This document shows, in pieces, positions 57,455 through 64,000 of a stretch of DNA of 64,000 nt. The notes under the pieces were generated by a model. It was not told the DNA's origin. It worked only from the letters and a program-made list of their open reading frames with translations, and made no database searches. Source of the stretch: Gemmatimonadota bacterium (GTDB lineage Bacteria > Gemmatimonadota > Gemmatimonadetes > Gemmatimonadales > Gemmatimonadaceae); NCBI GenBank assembly GCA_040389905.1, contig JAZJZK010000007.1, forward strand, positions 1-64,000, in the 5' to 3' direction. The first letter of the stretch is position 1; every line of letters starts with the position of its first letter. The position numbers and the translations under genes are program-made.

Positions 57455-58132
57455 ATGCCGAAGCCATTCCCCTCCGCCAGCCGTCTGGCCGCAGCGCTGC
57501 TCCTCCTCGCTGCGGGTACGCTCAACGCGCAGACGATCGTGTACGACAACGGCGCGCCCAGTGGCGCGCAGGGGGCCTTCATTCGCGGAGCGGGCGCGTG
57601 GGGAGCAAGTGATTTCACCCTGCTGACCTCAGCGACCATCAACACGGTGCGCATTTGGGACCTCCGTTCAACTCCGGATGCGGGGTCGGTCACGTGGTCG
57701 ATCCTGGCCAACAATGGCGGTGCGCTTGGATCCGCGCTCTTCGGCGGCGTCGCGTCGGTGACCGGCGTCGCAACCGGAACCTGTTGCAATGGCTATGTGA
57801 CCAACGAGGACGAATTCTCCGTCGGAGCGATCTCGCTTGCCGCGGGCACGTACTGGCTGCAACTCAGCGATGCGACGAACTCGTTTGCCTACTACTGGGA
57901 GACCGCCACGCCCTCAGGGTCGTCGTCGTATCAGGACCGCCAGTGGACACAACCTGACAGGTTTGGCGGCGGCGAGTCCGCGAGCCAGAACGAGAATGCC
58001 TTCCAACTCCTGTCGAATACGACCGAAGATGCCACGCCGGAACCCGCCAGCGTCATCCTGATGGCGACCGGACTCCTTGTCGTCGGCGCCGCGCGGTTTC
58101 GGCGGCGCCTGCCATCAGCTTCTCGTCAGTAG
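57455..58132 (+). CDS. PEP-CTERM sorting domain protein
   Basis: Signal peptide; C-terminal TPEPASVILMATGLLVVGAARFRRR. Confidence 0.9.
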   Translation: MPKPFPSASRLAAALLLLAAGTLNAQTIVYDNGAPSGAQGAFIRGAGAWGASDFTLLTSATINTVRIWDLRSTPDAGSVTWSILANNGGALGSALFGGVASVTGVATGTCCNGYVTNEDEFSVGAISLAAGTYWLQLSDATNSFAYYWETATPSGSSSYQDRQWTQPDRFGGGESASQNENAFQLLSNTTEDATPEPASVILMATGLLVVGAARFRRRLPSASRQ

Positions 58133-59916
58133 CCGATCGGTCGGCCCGCCGATCGCGGATCCGATACGCCTTCGTATCCGCCGCGAACGCGCATGATCGC
58201 GTTCACGAGCCCGATGCCGCGACCCGATGAGATACTGTACCCCATGAAGCGGAGGGAGTCCGCCACCGCCGGCGTGATCGCATCGCGCTCGAAGTAGAGC
58301 GTGTCCGGCAGCGCTTGATGATGGACGCGCGGCGCGCTCATCGCGTCCGCCAGCGTCATCTTGTAATCGAGCACGTTGACGATCACCTCCGACGTGCTAG
58401 TGATGATGCGTGGTCCGCCTCGGCTGCCCACCACCAACAACAGTGAACCGTCGCGATCGAGCACGATCGTCGGCGACATCGCGCTCAGCATTCGCTTTCC
58501 GGGCTGGATCGCATTCGCTTCGCCCTGCACGAGCCCGAACATGTTCGGCTTTCCAGGCAGCGCCGCAAAGTCGTCCATCTCGTCGTTGAGGAAGAAGCCC
58601 GCGGACGTCAAGTACACTCCCGATCCGAACAGATTGTTGAGCGTCGTCGTCGTAGCCACCGCGTTGCCTTTTTCATCGACCACGGAGTAGTGCGTCGTTT
58701 CCATCCCTTCGCGCATTGACTTGCTCACCGAGGTCGTCGGCGTCGCGCGCATCTGGCCAATCGTGCCGCGCAACTTCGCTGCGTACTTCTTGTCAGTGAG
58801 CTGCGTGATGGGCACCGGCACGAAACCCGGGTCGGCGAGCTTCTCGTTGCGATCGACAAAGGCGCGCTGATAGGCGGAGCCGAGGAGGTGCGCCCATCCG
58901 GCGCTGCCATATGCGGGAAGCGCGTCGAATCCCTCGAGAATGTTCAGCGCCTCGGTCACCACCACGCCGCCGGATGATGACGGCGGCATCGTGAACAAAC
59001 TGTATCCCCGATACGTCGAGCGGACCGGCTCGCGCCAGATCGGCTTGTAACTCTTGAGATCGTCGACGGTGATGATGCCACCCGCCTTCTTCAACTCACT
59101 CGTCCACGCCTCGGCGATGGGGCCCTCGTAAAAGGCGCTCCGTCCCTTCGACGCGATCGCGCCGAGTGTGCGTGCAAGCACCGGCTGCTTGAGAGTGGAA
59201 CCGACGACCGGTGGTGCGCCGTTCGGCAGAAACACCGAGGCTCCGCTGAACGACGCGATCAGCTTCTGGCTGCCGCGAATACCGTTCGCGAACGCGCTGT
59301 CCACTGTGATGCCCTCTTCCGCGTACCGAATCGCCGGCGCCATCACGTCGGCAAGCGACATCGTGCCGTACTTCGCCAACGCCTCCGTCATTCCCGCCAC
59401 GGCACCCGGCACGCCCGAGGCAAGGGGGCCGACGACACTCTTGTCCGTGAGCTTGCCCTCGGCGTCGAGGTACATGTTGCGCGTCGCGGCGAGGGGCGCA
59501 ATCTCGCGATAGTCGATCGCGGCGGCGCGTCCGTCGGCCATGTGTATGACCATGTATCCACCGCCGCCGAGGTTGCCCGCTTCCGGATACGCGACCGCAA
59601 TCGCGAAGCCGACTGCGACGGCCGCATCCACCGCGTTTCCGCCTTTCCTGAGGATCTCGACCCCGGCAGCGCTGCCAAGTGGCGCGTCGCTCGCGACCAT
59701 GGCGTGCGCACCGAAGACCGGCGCACGCCCTGCCTTGTGTCGCCAGGCATCGGGAAACACTGCGGGCCGTCGGTCAGCGGCAGGGACGTACCCTGCGCTC
59801 GACGCGAGCGTCTGCGGCGTGCCGACGTCAGTCGCGCCGTGCTGCGGACCGGGGCTTGGAGCTTGGCTGTGGCAGGCGGCGATCGCCACGACGGCGATAA
59901 GAGTCTTTCGTGACAT
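58126..59916 (-). CDS. ggt: Gamma-glutamyltransferase (probable lipoprotein)
   Basis: GGNAVDAA, GNLGGGG, IDYRE, ETTHYS (Thr nucleophile), LNDEMDDF, KRMLSAMSP. Confidence 0.95.
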   Translation of the reverse strand: MSRKTLIAVVAIAACHSQAPSPGPQHGATDVGTPQTLASSAGYVPAADRRPAVFPDAWRHKAGRAPVFGAHAMVASDAPLGSAAGVEILRKGGNAVDAAVAVGFAIAVAYPEAGNLGGGGYMVIHMADGRAAAIDYREIAPLAATRNMYLDAEGKLTDKSVVGPLASGVPGAVAGMTEALAKYGTMSLADVMAPAIRYAEEGITVDSAFANGIRGSQKLIASFSGASVFLPNGAPPVVGSTLKQPVLARTLGAIASKGRSAFYEGPIAEAWTSELKKAGGIITVDDLKSYKPIWREPVRSTYRGYSLFTMPPSSSGGVVVTEALNILEGFDALPAYGSAGWAHLLGSAYQRAFVDRNEKLADPGFVPVPITQLTDKKYAAKLRGTIGQMRATPTTSVSKSMREGMETTHYSVVDEKGNAVATTTTLNNLFGSGVYLTSAGFFLNDEMDDFAALPGKPNMFGLVQGEANAIQPGKRMLSAMSPTIVLDRDGSLLLVVGSRGGPRIITSTSEVIVNVLDYKMTLADAMSAPRVHHQALPDTLYFERDAITPAVADSLRFMGYSISSGRGIGLVNAIMRVRGGYEGVSDPRSAGRPIGY

Positions 59917-60017
59917 CACGTGGAATTCTCGGCGGGCGGATTTCTGATCGAGTTGCCAGTCAGGAATCTGCATTCCTGCGAGGCAATTCGCACGCACGCA
60001 TGGCCCCAGGAAAGGAG

Positions 60018-60163
60018 CGGAGATGACGGATGACATGGAAACAGCACGGATCAATACGCGGGAATCTGGCTGTTCCCCTCAAAATCCGTTCAATTCGGTC
60101 CTCAAGGCAGTGGCAGTGGCGGTTCCTCTGCGACCCTCTGCCTCTCTGCGCCCTCTGCGGTGA
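60018..60163. repeat. Degenerate 9-bp repeat cluster (GACGGATGA-like and CCTCTGCG-like units)
   Basis: cggagatgacggatgac...cacggat...aatccgttcaattc...cctctgcgaccctctgcctctctgcgccctctgcggt. Confidence 0.55.
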
Positions 60164-60222
60164 CGATGACGACGCCAGTGTGAGGTGTTGCGTCGCCCGA
60201 TGAAGCGCGAGCTGCAGGCCCT

Positions 60223-60870
60223 TCATCCGCCGAGCCCGAATCTCCCCACCACCCGAGTCTGCTGCACTCGAACGCTGTTGTTGGCGCCGGCGTCCAGTCC
60301 GGTGGTCTGATGGATCATCGTCATCACATCCTGCACCACGTCGATCGAGAAGCGTGGCGAAAGGGAGTATCCGAGCCCATACCCGAATGCGAACGTGAAA
60401 TCGAAATCCTGCGAGCCGGGATTCAGCGGGAACGCATCGGGCCGCGCACGAAAGTTGGAGTACATGGTCGCGCCCGCGCTCAATTCGAGCACGCTGTGAA
60501 ACCCAGTCCCGTTTGCGACGTGAAGCACCCCGAACAGCTGCGAGACGTTCGCGTCAGCATCGGTCGAGAGACTTCCGTCACCACCGTTCACACGTTGGTA
60601 GCGCAGGGGGACGCTCGCCGTCGTGCCGCGCACGCCAAGGCTCACGCCCGATGAGATATGCTTCTCGAGCGACGCCACCCACGGGTTGGCGCTGCCAAAA
60701 TCCCACGTCGAGTTTGTACTCCCATCCGAGACCGACCATCCCTGCTGAAACCCCATGCCAAGGGACGCCGACGCAGTCGGCTCGCGAAGCTGATATCGGG
60801 GACGAATGATCTGCGCACCGGCCTCGGCCGAGAGCAGAATCAACAGGCAGACGAGCTTCGATCGGTGCAC
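60223..60870 (-). CDS. Outer-membrane beta-barrel-like protein
   Basis: Signal peptide; alternating beta strands (FTFAFGYGLGYSL); ends RFGLGG. Confidence 0.65.
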   Translation of the reverse strand: MHRSKLVCLLILLSAEAGAQIIRPRYQLREPTASASLGMGFQQGWSVSDGSTNSTWDFGSANPWVASLEKHISSGVSLGVRGTTASVPLRYQRVNGGDGSLSTDADANVSQLFGVLHVANGTGFHSVLELSAGATMYSNFRARPDAFPLNPGSQDFDFTFAFGYGLGYSLSPRFSIDVVQDVMTMIHQTTGLDAGANNSVRVQQTRVVGRFGLGG

Positions 60871-61000
60871 GGTCGCTCCGACTGGCTTGCGAGTGGTGAA
60901 CGGCGGCCGGTAACTTAGCCACTGCGTTCGAGGATGTGCATCGTCCTGAGAAGTACCCTCGTGTGCGCCTCAAGTTCTCGTTACTGAAATCGGAGAGACT

Positions 61001-61918
61001 CTGCGCGTCACCGACCCCCGCATCACCGAGCGTCGCAATCCGCGAACGCAGCAAATCGACCTGGCCGATTCACTCGGCATCACCGACCTCATGCTCGCCG
61101 AGGACCGCACCGTCCCCGATGCGGTCGCGACACAGCGGGAGAGAATCGCGGAGGCGATATCGGCGGCGGAAGCCACATTCCGGAGCGGTGGCCGCCTGTT
61201 TTACGTCGGCGCAGGCACCTCGGGCCGGCTCGGCGTTCTCGATGCCTCGGAATGCCCGCCGACCTTTGGCACGCCGCACGAAATGGTGCAGGGTATCATC
61301 GCCGGAGGGTTGCCCGCGCTCACGCGGGCGCAGGAGGGGGCGGAAGACAGCCTCAACCAGGCGCGCATCGACCTCGCCGAAAAGGGCGTGCGCGCCGGTG
61401 ACATGGTCGTCGGCGTCGCGGCCTCCGGCACGACGCCGTATGTGCGCGTCGCGCTCGAATACGCGCGCGAGGTCGGTGCGCGAACGGCGATCGTTGCATG
61501 CTCGCCGCCTCCCGAGAATACGATGGCCGTGGTGGACATTCCCATCGTGGCGATCACCGGACCCGAAGTCGTCACCGGCAGCACGCGTCTCAAGGCGGGT
61601 ACGGCGACGAAGTTGATCCTCAACATGATCACGACGGGCGCGATGATTCGCATCGGCAAGACGTTCGGCAATTTGATGATCGATCTCCGCGCGACGAACG
61701 TGAAGCTCGTCGATCGCAGCGAGCGCATCGTCGCCGAGGTCTGCACCGTGTCTCGTGAAACAGCGCGGGAGTTGATCGGCCGCTCCGGCGGCTCGGTGAA
61801 GCTCGCGATCGTGATGCACGCACTCGGCGTCGAGAAGGAGGAGGCCGAGCGCCGCATCGAGGAGGGCGGAGGAGTGATTCGCCGCGTCATCGGCGGCGAT
61901 CCGCCGCCCGTCGAATGA
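61001..61918 (+). CDS. murQ: N-acetylmuramic acid 6-phosphate etherase (non-canonical start; first ATG at 61091)
   Basis: TERRNPRT..ID upstream; YVGAGTSGRLGVLDASECPPTF, GAED, AASGTTPYV, TGSTRLKAGTATK. Confidence 0.95.
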   Translation: MRVTDPRITERRNPRTQQIDLADSLGITDLMLAEDRTVPDAVATQRERIAEAISAAEATFRSGGRLFYVGAGTSGRLGVLDASECPPTFGTPHEMVQGIIAGGLPALTRAQEGAEDSLNQARIDLAEKGVRAGDMVVGVAASGTTPYVRVALEYAREVGARTAIVACSPPPENTMAVVDIPIVAITGPEVVTGSTRLKAGTATKLILNMITTGAMIRIGKTFGNLMIDLRATNVKLVDRSERIVAEVCTVSRETARELIGRSGGSVKLAIVMHALGVEKEEAERRIEEGGGVIRRVIGGDPPPVE

Positions 61919-63054
61919 GCGTCGAAACTCCTGCCGGTGGCACGTACGTCGGGCTGATGTCGGGCACATCGCTGGACGGTATTTCGGCCGCTGTTGCGCG
62001 CTTTGCGCCGTCGAACAATGGAGCGTTCGACGTCGAGCTGCTTGGCTTCCACGTCCATGAGTATTCCACCGAGCAACGGGAACGACTCCTCGCCGCTATG
62101 CGCGATGGATCGGCGCGCGACTACTGTCGCCTCGCTGTGGACTTCGGTGGATGGCTCGCCGACGCTGCGATCGCCGTGATGGCGGAGGCAGGTGTGGCTC
62201 GCCACGACATTCGCGCAATTGGAACGCACGGGCAAACGCTCTGGCACGAGCCGGGGCATTCGACCTGGCAGCTCGACGCGCCCGCGGTGATCGCCGAGCG
62301 AACCGGAATCGATGTCGTCAGTGACTTTCGCGTGCGTGATGTGGCGGCAGGTGGGCAGGGAGCGCCGCTGGTGCCGATTGCGGATGCTCTGTTGTTCGGT
62401 GGCGGAAAGTGGCGCGCGCTCCAGAACATCGGCGGCATTGGCAACGTGACGATCGTGCCGCCCGACGGCACTCTGGCGAGTGTCCGAGCATTCGACACGG
62501 GGCCGGGCGTCACCATCATCGATGCCGTGGTTCGACTGCTGTATCCGGGGCAGCGCTACGACAAGGACGGACTCATCGCGTCCACAGGGAAGCCGGTTAT
62601 CGAGGTCGCCAGCGCGTCGATGTCACATCCGTTCTTCAGCGCCGAGCCGCCGAAGAGTACGGGGCGTGAACTCTTCGATCCTGCCTACGTCACGGCGTTC
62701 GTGGACGCGTGCCGCGCGCATGGCGCGAGCGACGCCGACATCGTCATGACGGCCACGTGGTTTACCGCGCTCAGCATCGGCGACGCGTATTTCAGGTTTA
62801 TCCCCGAACCTGTCGAGGAAGTGCTCGTATCTGGCGGCGGGGCAAAGAATCCACTCCTGCTCTCCATGTTGCGGGAGAGCGTAAAACCACTCGATCTCGT
62901 GACCTTCGACGAACGTTATTTCGACGGCGAGGCGAAAGAGGCCGTGGCCTTCGCGTTGCTCGCGCACCTGCATCTCGCGCGAATTCCGGGCAACGTTCCA
63001 ACTGCCACTGGTGCGCGCGGTCCGCGCGTGCTCGGCATGCTCACGCCCGCGTAG
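61915..63054 (+). CDS. anmK: Anhydro-N-acetylmuramic acid kinase
   Basis: GLMSGTSLDG, HGQT, DFRVRDVAAGGQGAPLVP, NIGGIGN, FDTGPG, PKSTGRE, KEAVAFA. Confidence 0.96.
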   Translation: MSVETPAGGTYVGLMSGTSLDGISAAVARFAPSNNGAFDVELLGFHVHEYSTEQRERLLAAMRDGSARDYCRLAVDFGGWLADAAIAVMAEAGVARHDIRAIGTHGQTLWHEPGHSTWQLDAPAVIAERTGIDVVSDFRVRDVAAGGQGAPLVPIADALLFGGGKWRALQNIGGIGNVTIVPPDGTLASVRAFDTGPGVTIIDAVVRLLYPGQRYDKDGLIASTGKPVIEVASASMSHPFFSAEPPKSTGRELFDPAYVTAFVDACRAHGASDADIVMTATWFTALSIGDAYFRFIPEPVEEVLVSGGGAKNPLLLSMLRESVKPLDLVTFDERYFDGEAKEAVAFALLAHLHLARIPGNVPTATGARGPRVLGMLTPA

Positions 63055-63065
63055 ACATGAGAAAC

Positions 63066-63105
63066 TGTCATCCCGAGCGAGCGAAGCGAGTCGAGGGATC
63101 TGCAC
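63066..63105. repeat. CGTC/TGTC-type REP-like repeat
   Basis: TGTCATCCCGAGCGAGCGAAGCGAGTCGAGGGATCTGCAC. Confidence 0.8.
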
Positions 63106-63130
63106 CTCGCTGTTATGCAGGTGAGCTGAC

Positions 63131-64000
63131 ATGACACTCGAGGAACGCTGGCACCCACTGCGCCGCGAGTGGGTCGTCGTCTCGTCGAACCGCAGCAACC
63201 GGCCGTGGCTCGGTGAGACCGTCGGCAAAGACCGCGCGGCGCTGCCGCCGCATGTCGCGGATTGCTACCTCTGTGCCGGCAATACCCGCGTATCAGGACA
63301 CACGAATCCGGACTACACCGGCGTCTACGTCTTCGACAATGATCATCCGTGTGTAAGCCCGGCGGCGCCGGTCGTCGAATCGCCGGAGTGGAGCGTCTTC
63401 CGGAATCGCCGGGCGGATGGCGTCGCGCGCGTCGTCTGCTTTACACCACGCCATGATCTGACGCTCGCCGAGCAGTCGCAGGAAGAGATCGTCGCATTGC
63501 TTCGAACGCTTCAAGAGCAATACCGTGAGCTGGGTGCTCGCCCGGAAGTGAAGCACGTGTTGATGTTCGAGAACAAGGGCGACGTCGTCGGCGTGAGCAA
63601 TCCGCATCCGCATTGTCAGATTTATGCGACGAATTTCGTCTTCAAGACCATCGAGACGGAGGCGCTGGCAGCGTCCGAGCACTTCGCCGTACGCGGTCGC
63701 GCGCTGATGGCGGACATCATCGACGCCGAGGAGGCCGATGGCCGGCGGGTCATTGCGTCGCGCGAGCAGGCGCTGGCGTTCGTGCCGTACTTTGCGCGCT
63801 ATCCGTATGAGACCTACGTGGCACCACGCGCGTCGCACGCGAGCATCGCCGATCTCTCGGAACAGGAACTCGAGGAGTTTGCGAGCGTGTTGAAGGAGAC
63901 ACTCGTTCGCATGGACAATCTGTGGCGCATGTCCTTCCCCTACGTGCTCGTGCTACATCAGGCGCCGACAGATGGCGCGACGCACCACGGTTTCCATTTT
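63131..64000 (+). CDS. galT: Galactose-1-phosphate uridylyltransferase (runs off the window; absent from the ORF track)
   Basis: [58 protein letters not shown] (HPH motif). Confidence 0.93.
   Translation, partial: MTLEERWHPLRREWVVVSSNRSNRPWLGETVGKDRAALPPHVADCYLCAGNTRVSGHTNPDYTGVYVFDNDHPCVSPAAPVVESPEWSVFRNRRADGVARVVCFTPRHDLTLAEQSQEEIVALLRTLQEQYRELGARPEVKHVLMFENKGDVVGVSNPHPHCQIYATNFVFKTIETEALAASEHFAVRGRALMADIIDAEEADGRRVIASREQALAFVPYFARYPYETYVAPRASHASIADLSEQELEEFASVLKETLVRMDNLWRMSFPYVLVLHQAPTDGATHHGFHF

Noticed and set aside
58126..58132. 7-bp convergent overlap of the PEP-CTERM gene and ggt
   Set aside because: Short tail-to-tail overlaps are common and imply nothing special.

Overview
This is a GC-rich bacterial chromosome segment. 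Gene content and protein style suggest Gemmatimonadota, but that is inference only. From 1 to 7.4 kb lies the spc ribosomal operon (end of rplN, rplX, rplE, rpsN, rpsH, rplF, rplR, rpsE, rpmD, rplO, secY, adk, map). It is not followed by infA or the alpha operon. The rest is housekeeping and accessory genes: a desaturase-fusion/sulfatase operon, M14/M28/M3/M20 peptidases, ftcD, suhB, trpS, pilT, purA, ypdA, glyQS, two histidine kinases, priA, a TIGR00300-type ornithine cyclodeaminase-like gene, a TonB receptor with a DUF4249-like lipoprotein, an ECF sigma triad, a PEP-CTERM protein, ggt and murQ-anmK-galT. There is also a MoxR/DUF58/BatA/DUF4159 operon led by a ubiquitin-like gene and followed by HDAC, an orphan GvpL/F gene and a Zn-ribbon kinase. 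I saw no rRNA, tRNA, CRISPR array, transposase or prophage. The most notable unexplained signals are: (i) two diverged copies of a ~267-bp fold-back element (7401-7668 and 52950-53215); (ii) a separate ~310-bp hexamer-built palindrome plus many shorter palindromic or tandem repeats; (iii) the ubiquitin-fold gene coupled to the MoxR operon; (iv) a desaturase fused to a SAM-like domain; (v) a missed 45-aa membrane ORF; (vi) apparent non-canonical starts for murQ and moxR.
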